This document shows, piece after piece, positions 30,761 through 39,011 of a stretch of 39,011 nucleotides of DNA. Numbering within the stretch: position 1 is the stretch's first letter; each line of letters opens with the position of its first letter. This DNA is from an uncultured Dactylococcopsis sp. (GTDB taxonomy: Bacteria > Cyanobacteriota > Cyanobacteriia > Cyanobacteriales > Rubidibacteraceae). A model generated the notes under the pieces. It did no database searches. It was not told the DNA's origin and saw only the letters and a program-made list of their open reading frames with translations. Location: NCBI GenBank assembly GCA_964617275.1, contig CAZTXK010000001.1:1-39011 (forward strand), read 5' to 3'. The position numbers and the translations under genes are program-made.

Positions 30761-31480
30761 CTAATTTTCGCCGGAACGGTCTTCAAATTTTTGGCGACGG
30801 GGAGAACGACGCGGGGCTGTCTCAGCAGGGGCTTGTTCTTGGTCTTCGGGGAGAATTTCGCCTTTGAAGATCCAAATTTTAGCCCCTAAAATGCCATAGG
30901 CGGTGTCGGCCATGCGATAGGCATAGTCAATGTCGGCACGCAACGTATGCAGGGGAACCCGTCCTTCCCGGGTCCATTCGGTACGGGCAATTTCTGCCCC
31001 GTTGAGCCGTCCGCTGATTTGGATTTTAATGCCTTTGACTTCGGCTCGTTGCGCTCTTTGAATGGCTTGGCGCACAACCCGACGGAAGGAGACTCGTCGT
31101 TCTAGTTGTTGGGTGATGTATTCGGCGATTAAGACGGCATCGGCATCAACGCGATCCACTTCGTTGACGTTAATGCTGATTTGGCGATTGCCCCCGAGAA
31201 GTTGCTGTAAGCCCACACGGAGGGATTCAATGCCACTGCCGCCACGACCGACAACCACTCCAGGACGGGCGGTGTGAATTTGGAGGCTAATTTGATCGGC
31301 TTTGCGCTCAATCCGAGTGGCGGAGATGCCAGCATTATTGAGGGTTTTGTCGATGTAGTTACGGATTTGGTAGTCTTCTTGTAAAAGTTCGGGGTAACGC
31401 TTGGAGTCGGCATACCAACAGGAGAGATGCTCTTTGGTAATGCCCAGTCGAAACCCAGTTGGATGAATCTTTTGTCCCAT
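30761..31480 (-). CDS. rpsC: 30S ribosomal protein S3
   Basis: [36 protein letters not shown]. Confidence 0.98.
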   Translation of the reverse strand: MGQKIHPTGFRLGITKEHLSCWYADSKRYPELLQEDYQIRNYIDKTLNNAGISATRIERKADQISLQIHTARPGVVVGRGGSGIESLRVGLQQLLGGNRQISINVNEVDRVDADAVLIAEYITQQLERRVSFRRVVRQAIQRAQRAEVKGIKIQISGRLNGAEIARTEWTREGRVPLHTLRADIDYAYRMADTAYGILGAKIWIFKGEILPEDQEQAPAETAPRRSPRRQKFEDRSGEN

Positions 31481-31486
31481 AGTGTT

Positions 31487-31846
31487 TTAGTTCTCTACAG
31501 TGGTGGCGACGGCAATGGTGATGTGACAGGTGGGTTTGCGAATTTGATAAGCCCGACCTTGGGCGCGAGGCCGAAATCGTCTTAGAGCGGGTCCTTGATC
31601 GGCATAGGCTTGGCTAATGACAAGGTTGGCGCGATCGAGCCCTTCGTTATGTTCGGCATTGGCAGCAGCCGAACGCAATGCCTTTAAGACTGGGTCACAG
31701 GCGCGATAGGGCATAAACTCTAGGATAATCAATGCTTCTCGGTAAGACTGACCCCGAATTTGATCCAGTACCCGTCGCACTTTATGGGGAGACATCCGGA
31801 TATAACGCGCGATCGCTTTGGTTTCTGTGGTTGTATCAACAGCCAT
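31487..31846 (-). CDS. rplV: 50S ribosomal protein L22
   Basis: [18 protein letters not shown]. Confidence 0.98.
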   Translation of the reverse strand: MAVDTTTETKAIARYIRMSPHKVRRVLDQIRGQSYREALIILEFMPYRACDPVLKALRSAAANAEHNEGLDRANLVISQAYADQGPALRRFRPRAQGRAYQIRKPTCHITIAVATTVEN

Positions 31847-31871
31847 AATTATTTCCTCTCGAAATCCTTAT

Positions 31872-32150
31872 TTATCTCCGCGCTTTTTTATCACTTTTGG
31901 CGTGTCCCTTAAAGGTGCGCGTGGGGGCAAATTCCCCCAGTTTATGTCCGACCATTTGGTCACTAATGAAGACGGGAACGTGCTGGCGACCGTTATAAAC
32001 GGCGATGGTATGTCCCACCATTTGCGGAATAACAGTAGAAGCCCGTTTCCAAGTTTTAATGACTTCTTTTTTGTCGGCGGCGTTGAGCTTCTCGATTTTT
32101 TTGAGAAGTTTATCGTCAACAAAGGGACCTTTTTTCACTGAGCGACCCAT
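31872..32150 (-). CDS. rpsS: 30S ribosomal protein S19
   Basis: [23 protein letters not shown]. Confidence 0.98.
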   Translation of the reverse strand: MGRSVKKGPFVDDKLLKKIEKLNAADKKEVIKTWKRASTVIPQMVGHTIAVYNGRQHVPVFISDQMVGHKLGEFAPTRTFKGHAKSDKKARR

Positions 32151-32186
32151 ATTTTTTCCCTCCTTTATACGGTATTTGGCAATGGA

Positions 32187-33017
32187 TTATTTAGAACGAC
32201 GACGCACAATCAGTTTGTTGCTGTTTTTCTTCTTCTTGCGCGTTTTTGCCCCAAGGGTGGGTTTACCCGTAGGGCTTAAAGGACTGGGACGACCAATGGG
32301 GGCGCGACCTTCCCCACCGCCATGGGGGTGATCTACAGGGTTCATGACGCTGCCTCTCACTTTGGGTCTGCGTCCTAAATGGCGCGATCGGCCAGCTTTG
32401 CCAAGGGTTAAGTTACGGTGTTCAGAGTTGCCGACGCGACCAATGGTGGCTAAACATTCTTCTCGCACCATTCGGGTTTCCCGAGAGGGCAGTTTAAGAC
32501 TGACATAGCCTTTTTCTTTTGCTACTACTTGGGCAGCGGTTCCAGCGGCGCGAACAATTTGACCGCCTTTGCCGGCCACAAGCTCGATATTATGAACCTC
32601 AGTTCCCAATGGGATTTTTCCAACGGGGAGGGCATTGCCAATTTCAAAGGGAGAATTTTCCCCGGAAATAATATGATCTCCCACATTTAATCCTGCTGGC
32701 CAAAGGATATAGCGTTTTTCCCCGTCTTGGTAATGTAAAAGGGCAATCCGAGCGTTACGATTGGGGTCATACTCGATCGCGGCAACTTTTGCGGGAATAT
32801 TATGCTTATTCCGCCGAAAGTCAACTTGGCGATAACGACGTTTATGCCCGCCGCCGCGACGACGGCTGGTAATTACGCCGCGATTATTGCGTCCTTTCTG
32901 ACGATGTTTGTATTTGGTAAGGGACTTTTCGGGTTCAGACCGTGTAATTTCGGCAAAGTCGGAAACCGTTGCTTGTCTTGTCCCTGGGGTATAAGGTCGA
33001 TAGGAGCGAATACTCAT
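32187..33017 (-). CDS. rplB: 50S ribosomal protein L2
   Basis: [25 protein letters not shown]. Confidence 0.98.
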   Translation of the reverse strand: MSIRSYRPYTPGTRQATVSDFAEITRSEPEKSLTKYKHRQKGRNNRGVITSRRRGGGHKRRYRQVDFRRNKHNIPAKVAAIEYDPNRNARIALLHYQDGEKRYILWPAGLNVGDHIISGENSPFEIGNALPVGKIPLGTEVHNIELVAGKGGQIVRAAGTAAQVVAKEKGYVSLKLPSRETRMVREECLATIGRVGNSEHRNLTLGKAGRSRHLGRRPKVRGSVMNPVDHPHGGGEGRAPIGRPSPLSPTGKPTLGAKTRKKKKNSNKLIVRRRSK

Positions 33018-33043
33018 TTTAAATAATAGTTGTGATCGGTCGA

Positions 33044-33349
33044 TTAAACTTCAGGGAAGAGGGTAATGCTGTCTTCTTCAGATAAGGTGACGATCGCGCG
33101 TTTATATTGAGGTTTTGTCCCCATATATCTGCCCATACGCCGTTTTTTCCGAGGAAGATTCTGGACGTTTACCTTAGTCACCTTGACATCAAATAAGGTT
33201 TCGATCGCCTTTTTAATGTCAGGTTTAGTCGCTTGTTTCTCGACATCAAAAACGTACTTATTCTCTTCTAGCAGAATCGTCGCTTTTTCGGTAATAATCG
33301 GTTTGCGGATTAAATCAATTAAATCTCGCTCTTTTGGTTCAGTCACCAT
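33044..33349 (-). CDS. rplW: 50S ribosomal protein L23
   Basis: [15 protein letters not shown]. Confidence 0.97.
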   Translation of the reverse strand: MVTEPKERDLIDLIRKPIITEKATILLEENKYVFDVEKQATKPDIKKAIETLFDVKVTKVNVQNLPRKKRRMGRYMGTKPQYKRAIVTLSEEDSITLFPEV

Positions 33350-33971
33350 ACACCTCCTGGATGGTTGCCATTGCGTTGGGGGTGGTAATAATTTTGTCCG
33401 CCGCTAAAATGTCATAGACATTCAAGCTACTAGCTCGCATTAATTTAACATTGGGCAAATTACGGGCTGAGAGATAAACTGTTTCTGGCAACTCCTCCAA
33501 AATCATCAGCACTTTCACCCCAGGAGTAATCCCCCAACGCTCCATGGCTTGTGCTAATTCTTTGGTTTTGGGTTGTTCGAGTTGGGAAGCAAATGACTCC
33601 ACGGCGAGTAAGTCTTCGGCACGGCTGGCAAGAGCGGTTCTCAATGCCAAACGCCGTTCCTTGCGATTCATTTTGAGGCTAAAATTGCGAGGTTTGGGGC
33701 CAAAAATGACACCACCGCCTCGCCATAAAGGAGAACGACTCGAACCGGCGCGAGCGCGTCCTGTTCCTTTTTGTCGCCAAGGCTTACGCCCACCGCCTCG
33801 CACTTCAGCGCGAGTTTTAGTAGAAGCACTGCCCTGACGCGCATTGGTAGTTTGACGAACCACTGCCCGATGGACAATATGTTCGGCATTTTCAGGATTG
33901 GCAACTTTTAGGTTTAAGGTGGCTTCTCCCACCTCTTCCCCTTGCCAATTTTTAACGACACAATTAACCAT
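33339..33971 (-). CDS. rplD: 50S ribosomal protein L4
   Basis: [26 protein letters not shown]. Confidence 0.98.
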   Translation of the reverse strand: MVNCVVKNWQGEEVGEATLNLKVANPENAEHIVHRAVVRQTTNARQGSASTKTRAEVRGGGRKPWRQKGTGRARAGSSRSPLWRGGGVIFGPKPRNFSLKMNRKERRLALRTALASRAEDLLAVESFASQLEQPKTKELAQAMERWGITPGVKVLMILEELPETVYLSARNLPNVKLMRASSLNVYDILAADKIITTPNAMATIQEVYGD

Positions 33972-34007
33972 AATTCTTTCTCATACCTGTTAGATGTGTG
34001 AACGCTC

Positions 34008-34658
34008 TTACTGAGCAGTAGCACCGACTAAATTACTGGCGGTAATACTTAATAACCCACCAGACTTCCCAGGAATTGATCCTTTAACAAGAATCACGTT
34101 TTTTTCCTTATCCACTTTCATTACCTTGAGCTTGCGAATGGTAACGGTTTTACCGCCCATTCGTCCCGCCATACGGCTTCCGGGATAAACTCGCCCCGGC
34201 GTTGTTCCTGGCCCAATTGACCCGGGAGAGCGGTAATTTTTGGAGCCGTGAGTTCTCGGCCCCCGAGCAAATTTATGACGCTTTTGGTAACCCGCAAAGC
34301 CGCGCCCAATACTCGTGCCCCTAACATCAACTAGCTGACCCTCACTGAAGAGGTCTTCAGCCGTTACTGATTGCCCTAACTGATAGCTACTGGTATCCTC
34401 AACGCGATATTCTTTCAAATGGCGAAGATTTGGGGCTTCAGCTTTTTTCAAGTGTCCCAATTCCGGTTTGGTTAAGGTTTTTTCTTTTTTAGCTCCATAG
34501 CCAAGTTGAATGGCACTATAACCATCGGTATTGGGTGTTTTTACTTGGGTGACGGTACAGGGACCGACTTCAATCACTGTTACTGGAATTGCAGTTCCTT
34601 GTTCTTGATCAAAAATTTGGGTCATCCCCAATTTTCGACCCATTAAACCAACAGACAC
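34008..34658 (-). CDS. rplC: 50S ribosomal protein L3
   Basis: [21 protein letters not shown]; GTG start with an AAGGGGG RBS. Confidence 0.98.
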   Translation of the reverse strand: MSVGLMGRKLGMTQIFDQEQGTAIPVTVIEVGPCTVTQVKTPNTDGYSAIQLGYGAKKEKTLTKPELGHLKKAEAPNLRHLKEYRVEDTSSYQLGQSVTAEDLFSEGQLVDVRGTSIGRGFAGYQKRHKFARGPRTHGSKNYRSPGSIGPGTTPGRVYPGSRMAGRMGGKTVTIRKLKVMKVDKEKNVILVKGSIPGKSGGLLSITASNLVGATAQ

Positions 34659-35079
34659 AGGTAACCCCCTTATTTAGCTCACATGATGTTTCCTCAAAAG
34701 ACATGATTCGCGTCAGACTGCTTGAGCGTTGTTGTTGGTTAACCTTGCCCAAGCTCTGAGTTTCTAAATTGGATTTAGCCACAGGCTTTCCTTGTTTGAC
34801 ACTCAGCCCTCTATTTCCCTAATTTTAAGGTCAGAGCGTTGCTAGAGCGCAACCAGAGCGATTTAGAAATACAGCTGTCTTAGTTGTTTGCTTCCCGTCA
34901 AGACTTGAAGAACACGGTAAAGGGTTTCTCCAGTTTCCCAACGAGCCAACCAGACGAGATAGCCTGCTGATGCGAGATAGCGACTTGCTTCTTGCGTTAA
35001 CTGGCTTTTCCGTTTGTTAAGGTTGAGCCAGCGTTGATGAACTCAGCAGACGACTTCTTAATCAATTTTTGAGTCACAA
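34659..35079 (-). promoter_or_regulatory. Long, probably structured 5' leader of the rplC operon
   Basis: No ORF in the supplied track; several complementary segments (35043-35051 with 34962-34970, 35026-35031 with 35001-35006, 34861-34869 with 34761-34769). Confidence 0.55.
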
Positions 35080-35085
35080 TCATAA

Positions 35086-35114
35086 AGCATATCAAATTTA
35101 AAGGAGTTGTGCAA
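35086..35114 (-). promoter_or_regulatory. Candidate sigma70-type promoter of the rplC operon
   Basis: Minus strand TTGCAC (35114-35109), 17-nt spacer, TATGCT (35091-35086); an alternative -10 TATGAT lies at 35084-35079. Confidence 0.5.
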
Positions 35115-35194
35115 GATCAAGGTTAAATTTTTTTCCTCGCTTAGATTGTGCCAAAATAAGGTTTGAGGATTATTTGTCAAGTTAAACGTTAATC

Positions 35195-35671
35195 ATGCCA
35201 TTATTAACCACTGGAAATAAGTTTATTCGGGATTTAGAACAATCTGGGGCGGTTGCGGTTTATGCCCCACTGGAAGGGGGGTTTGAGGGACGATATCAGC
35301 GTCGCTTACGGACGAAGGGGTATGTCACCTATCATATGTCGGCGAAAGGACTCGGGGATCCCGCTTCCTATCTGAAAGGAATCCATGGGGTGCGTCATCC
35401 TCACTTAGGCAAGAAAAATATTGGTCAAAGTGCGGAAGTGGGAGATATTTACTTTTTACCGCCGATTGTGGATTCGCAATTAGCGATTTTACCTGAAAAT
35501 AAAAAAGGGTTAGTGATGTGGTTAATTGAAGGGTTTGTTTTGTCTAACCAAGAGTTAGCCTATTTAGCTAAGTTTAATGAAATTGAACCGAAAGTGAGAA
35601 TTGTGGTGGAGTTAGGCGGCGATCGCGCTTTTCGTTGGACTCCTTTATCATCAGTATTGGCAGCAGCTTAG
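35195..35671 (+). CDS. ndhN: NAD(P)H-quinone oxidoreductase subunit N
   Basis: PLEGGFEGRYQRRLR, GVRHPHLGK and VVELGGDRAFRW; divergent from rplC as is common in cyanobacteria. Confidence 0.95.
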   Translation: MPLLTTGNKFIRDLEQSGAVAVYAPLEGGFEGRYQRRLRTKGYVTYHMSAKGLGDPASYLKGIHGVRHPHLGKKNIGQSAEVGDIYFLPPIVDSQLAILPENKKGLVMWLIEGFVLSNQELAYLAKFNEIEPKVRIVVELGGDRAFRWTPLSSVLAAA

Positions 35672-35697
35672 GATTCATTCAGACGGAGGTTAAGGTT

Positions 35698-36321
35698 GTG
35701 GTGCAAGACAAGACGCTTATTCAAAATCGAGACTATACCCTAATTATTGATAAAAGTCAGAGTATGTCCACCCAAGATCAAGAGGCGGGAAAGTCTCGCT
35801 GGGAAGTAGCCCAAGAATCCACTTATGCTTTAGCGAAAAAGTGTGAAGAGTTTGATCCCGATGGCATTACGGTTTATTTATTTTCCAGTCGCTTTCGACG
35901 CTATGATCAGGTAACTTCGGATAAGGTGGCTCAAATCTATGCCGACAATGATCCCATGGGGAAAACGAATTTAGTCGAGGTTTTAGAGGATGCCATCGAA
36001 AACTACTTTCAGCGCAAAGCCACGGGGGAAACTAAGCCCAATGGAGAAACGTTTTTAATTATTACTGATGGCGAACCCGAAGATCGCAAGGGAGTCATTC
36101 GTTTGATTATTGAGACTTCTCGTCGCTTAGATCGCGATGATGAAATTGGCATTTCTCTGATTCAAGTGGGGGATGATCCCAAAGTTACGGAATATCTTAA
36201 GGCATTAGATGATCAGTTACTGGATGCTGGGGCAAAGTTTGATATTGTTGATACCATTGCCATGAAAGATATGGGAAATACTCCTTTATCAGAAGTGCTA
36301 TTAAGAGCAATTACTGACTAA
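35698..36321 (+). CDS. Standalone von Willebrand factor A (VWA) domain protein
   Basis: MIDAS motif DKSQS, G-KT and IITDGEP; GGAGG RBS at 35685-35689 before GTG 35698 (35701 is an alternative start). Confidence 0.85.
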   Translation: MVQDKTLIQNRDYTLIIDKSQSMSTQDQEAGKSRWEVAQESTYALAKKCEEFDPDGITVYLFSSRFRRYDQVTSDKVAQIYADNDPMGKTNLVEVLEDAIENYFQRKATGETKPNGETFLIITDGEPEDRKGVIRLIIETSRRLDRDDEIGISLIQVGDDPKVTEYLKALDDQLLDAGAKFDIVDTIAMKDMGNTPLSEVLLRAITD

Positions 36322-36424
36322 TTCATTATTGGTTATTGGTTATTTGTCATTACAAGAAAAGATATGATCTTTCTCTGGTGGTAACAAGTAGCCAATGCCC
36401 CTGTAAAATTATTTTTCCTTTCTC

Positions 36425-36940
36425 GTGGTGCAACGTTACATCTTAAATTGTTTTCTCACCGTTGGTTCTTTATTGTTTTGTGCGTTGCTGTTGCCGAGTC
36501 GTTTACCAGGAACGGTTTTATTAGGCTTGGGACCCCATTGGCTGTTAATTTGGGTAGTGGCTTGGGGAATTAAACGTCAACCTTGGCAAGGCGCGATCGG
36601 TGGGCTAGCAGCAGGATTAATCCAAGATGGGATGGTTTTGTCAAGCCCTTCCCATGTTTTTAGTTTAGCAATTATTGGCTTTTTAATCGGACGCATTGAC
36701 AAGGATAAATATATTCAAGAAGACTTTATTTCCATTGCTTTAATTGTTTTTGCGATGGCGGTTTTAGCAGAGACGTTAACAGCCGTTCAATATACGATTG
36801 TCGATTTTTCTCGTCTCCTTCCGATTTGGAACCAGCATCAACAAATTGCCATTGTTTCAGCTTTATTAAGTAGTTTATGGGCTCCTCTGATTTATTATCC
36901 TTTAAATTACTGCTGGCAACATTTAGAAACAGAAGAATAA
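36425..36940 (+). CDS. mreD: Rod shape-determining protein MreD
   Basis: Cyanobacterial MreD-type motifs GPHWLLIWVVAW, GLIQDG, EDFISIALIVF and LSSLWAPLIYYPL. Confidence 0.85.
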   Translation: MVQRYILNCFLTVGSLLFCALLLPSRLPGTVLLGLGPHWLLIWVVAWGIKRQPWQGAIGGLAAGLIQDGMVLSSPSHVFSLAIIGFLIGRIDKDKYIQEDFISIALIVFAMAVLAETLTAVQYTIVDFSRLLPIWNQHQQIAIVSALLSSLWAPLIYYPLNYCWQHLETEE

Positions 36941-36975
36941 TATTTGTTATTTGTTATTTGTTATTTGTTATTGGG
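36939..36975. repeat. Heptamer tandem repeat (GTTATTT)n
   Basis: TATTTGTTATTTGTTATTTGTTATTTGTTATTGG. Similar tracts at about 15108, 22480, 24539, 30714 and 36326. Confidence 0.8.
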
Positions 36976-37084
36976 TTATACCATTTCTAAGAATTGGCGC
37001 TATACACCACCCCACTTCTTTTCCCCCCTTTCAAAGGGGGGTAGGGGGGATTATAGGGGGGTTGAGTTTTTAAAAATAGTATAA
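36976..37084. mobile_element. 109-bp MITE/REP-like element directly upstream of the DNA methyltransferase
   Basis: Imperfect terminal inverted repeats TTATACCATTTCTAA / TTAAAAATAGTATAA; internal CCCCCCTTT-C-AAAGGGGGG hairpin; near-identical 35 bp shared with 7838-7872. Confidence 0.65.
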
Positions 37085-37099
37085 AAATCGTATTAGAAT

Positions 37100-38125
37100 A
37101 TGGCTAAATCAACAGCAAACATTCCTGAACTTCTAGAAACGATTAATCCCATTTATTCTTATCCCAAATCGTCTTATTTAATTCGTGATAAATTTCGGTT
37201 TATTGATCTCTTTGCAGGAATTGGTGGCATGAGACTGGGATTTTCTTCTCCCCATAGCCAGTGTGTGTTTTCTTCGGAATGGGATTCTCACGCCCAAAAG
37301 ACTTATTATGCTAATTTTCAGGAAGTTCCCACAGGCGATATTAATACCATTTCTCCTCATGAGATTCCAGATCATGATCTTCTTTTAGCAGGGTTTCCCT
37401 GTCAACCGTTTAGTAGCATCGGAAGGCGAGAAGGATTTTTACATGAAACTCAAGGAACATTATTTTATGCCATTGCTAAAATTCTAGAGGCAAAACAGCC
37501 TATATCATTTCTATTAGAGAATGTTCCCGGATTAATCACCCATCAAAACGGAAAAACATTTTCCATTATTCTTAAAGCCCTTGATGAATTAAATTATGAT
37601 GTTCGTTATATGGTGTTAGATGCAGCTGACTTTAATTTACCCCAGCGACGAGAACGAATTTATCTTGTTGGGTTTAAGCGGGATTATTTAAAGCAAAGAA
37701 TTCAGTTTGAGTTTCCAAAAGGAAAAAATAATGAGGTATTTATTAATGAGTTTTTAGAAAAAGGGGTTTCAGGATATTCTATTTCGGAACATTTGCAAAA
37801 GACTTATCTGTTTAAAACAGATGATAGCAAACCGCAAATTGTTGATCAAAATTCTAGAGTTAAAGTAAAAACATTAGTTTCCACCTATCACAAAATTCAA
37901 CGTTTAACTGGAACATTTGTTCGCGATGGAGAGACAGGGATTCGATTATTGACAGAACGAGAATGTAAAGCCATTATGGGATTTCCTGATTCCTTTATTT
38001 TTCCCGTTTCTCGAACACAAATGTATCGGCAGTTAGGTAATTCAGTAGCGGTTCCAGTCATTCGCGCGATCGCGCAGCAAATTTATTCTTCTCTTAAACA
38101 AATGGTAAGATTTACTAAAAACTAA
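37100..38125 (+). CDS. DNA (cytosine-5) methyltransferase, M.MspI/M.BsuFI-like (predicted target CCGG)
   Basis: Motifs I FAGIGG, IV GFPCQPFS, VI ENV, VIII QRRERIY and X GNSV. The variable region KTLVSTYHKIQRLTGTFVRDGETGIRLLT closely matches M.MspI as recalled from memory. Confidence 0.9.
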   Translation: MAKSTANIPELLETINPIYSYPKSSYLIRDKFRFIDLFAGIGGMRLGFSSPHSQCVFSSEWDSHAQKTYYANFQEVPTGDINTISPHEIPDHDLLLAGFPCQPFSSIGRREGFLHETQGTLFYAIAKILEAKQPISFLLENVPGLITHQNGKTFSIILKALDELNYDVRYMVLDAADFNLPQRRERIYLVGFKRDYLKQRIQFEFPKGKNNEVFINEFLEKGVSGYSISEHLQKTYLFKTDDSKPQIVDQNSRVKVKTLVSTYHKIQRLTGTFVRDGETGIRLLTERECKAIMGFPDSFIFPVSRTQMYRQLGNSVAVPVIRAIAQQIYSSLKQMVRFTKN

Positions 38126-38652
38126 TGACACTTTCTTCCGTTGTTCCCACAACATTTTTTCAACGTTCTGCCAGTATTGTTGCCCCAGAATTATTGGGAA
38201 AACAGCTAGTTAGACAATATTCCGATCGAACAACGACCACCCTAACTATTCAGGAAGTCGAAGCCTATGATGGCGTGCAAGACTTAGCCAATCATGGGGC
38301 AAAAAGACGCACTCCTAGCAATGAAATTATGTTTGCTTGTGGCGGCTATTTCTATGTTTATCTTTGCTATGGCATTCATTTAATGTTAAATGTGGTTTGT
38401 GACCAAACTGAAACACCAGCAGCAGTATTAATTCGGGGGGCAGGTGATATTAACGGCCCCGGAAAACTAACGAAATTTTTACAACTAGAAAAGAATCTCA
38501 ATGGCAAACTCCCTCAACCTGAAAATCAGGTTTGGTTTATTGATACTGGCACTAAAGTAAAACAATCAGATATTCTAGTAACCCCTCGAATTGGATTAAG
38601 TAAATATGCTGGGAAATGGCAAAATAAACCCTTAAGATTTGTTTTAAAATAA
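38125..38652 (+). CDS. DNA-3-methyladenine glycosylase, AAG/MPG family
   Basis: VAPELLGK, IQEVEAY (catalytic Glu), YVYLCYG (intercalating Tyr), AVLIRG, GPGKL and TPRIG. Confidence 0.9.
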   Translation: MTLSSVVPTTFFQRSASIVAPELLGKQLVRQYSDRTTTTLTIQEVEAYDGVQDLANHGAKRRTPSNEIMFACGGYFYVYLCYGIHLMLNVVCDQTETPAAVLIRGAGDINGPGKLTKFLQLEKNLNGKLPQPENQVWFIDTGTKVKQSDILVTPRIGLSKYAGKWQNKPLRFVLK

Positions 38653-38692
38653 AATAACCAATATCTATCGTTTTTAATTAAGAGCAATTATT

Positions 38693-39011
38693 ATGGCTGA
38701 ATATAATGATCCTAAATATAGACAAGGACAAGATAAGAATAATTCCCCTGAAGATGATGAAACTCAGTATAAAGATGAGACAGAAACACAATATGCCTAT
38801 GGGGCATATCAAGCTAATGCTAAAAGGGCTAAGGAAAGACAAGCAGAAGCTCAACGCTTAAGGGAGGAAGAAAGAGAATTAGCAAATACCCAAAGACTTA
38901 CAATTATCCGTAAAGTGACCCAAAGTATTTCTTACTTAGTTGTAGCACTAGAAACTTTATTAGGACTCAGGTTTATTCTATTAATCACAGGGGCTAATCC
39001 AGAAAATATCT
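38693..39011 (+). CDS. YggT-like membrane protein with a charged N-terminal extension (runs off the window end)
   Basis: Manual translation MAEYNDPKYRQG...QRLREEERELA...LETLLGLRFILLITGANPENI; no stop before the window end. Confidence 0.6.
   Translation, partial: MAEYNDPKYRQGQDKNNSPEDDETQYKDETETQYAYGAYQANAKRAKERQAEAQRLREEERELANTQRLTIIRKVTQSISYLVVALETLLGLRFILLITGANPENI

Larger units (their letters stand above)
5464..38073. repeat. Dispersed HIP1 octamer GCGATCGC
   Basis: Copies at 5464, 5866, 6131, 6258, 7107, 7891, 38066 and many others, often extended to CGCGATCGC or GCGATCGCG. Confidence 0.9.

Noticed and set aside
17933-34658. Absence of rpsJ, rpsN, rpmD, map and rpsD from the S10-spc-alpha cluster, and attachment of truA-rplM-rpsI-rpmE-prfA
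   Set aside because: This is the standard cyanobacterial arrangement, not a novelty.
34659-35079. rpsJ remnant, tRNA or self-splicing intron in the rplC upstream region
   Set aside because: No S10-like reading frame, cloverleaf or group I/II core motifs were recognisable; treated instead as a candidate leader RNA.

Overview
Cyanobacterial chromosomal window, identified by psaE, ndhN, abundant HIP1 octamer GCGATCGC and the cyanobacterial layout of the large ribosomal protein cluster. The acidic proteins and agcS would fit a halophilic Halothece/Dactylococcopsis-like lineage, but that is inference only. Most of the window is housekeeping: pilQ-like secretin (5'-truncated), DUF6391, psaE, mutM, menB, two half-size UPF0016 transporters, phoU, agcS, carB, a peroxiredoxin, ydcF, secG, gpmI, prfA and the rplC-to-rpmE cluster (17.9-34.7 kb, minus strand), then ndhN, a VWA protein and a lone mreD. 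There are two small accessory patches: a SAM methyltransferase plus brnT toxin with a truncated brnA-like partner (14.4-15.8 kb), and an M.MspI-like C5 DNA methyltransferase translationally coupled to an AAG/MPG DNA glycosylase with no adjacent restriction endonuclease or Vsr (37.1-38.7 kb). Best leads: (1) the methyltransferase-glycosylase pair; (2) a ~420-nt leader upstream of rplC with several long-range stems; (3) a 47-aa tandem repeat inserted in the secretin; (4) a family of ~85-190 bp MITE/REP-like elements. No rRNA, tRNA, CRISPR array or transposase was seen. Family calls come from motif recognition by eye; no searches were run.
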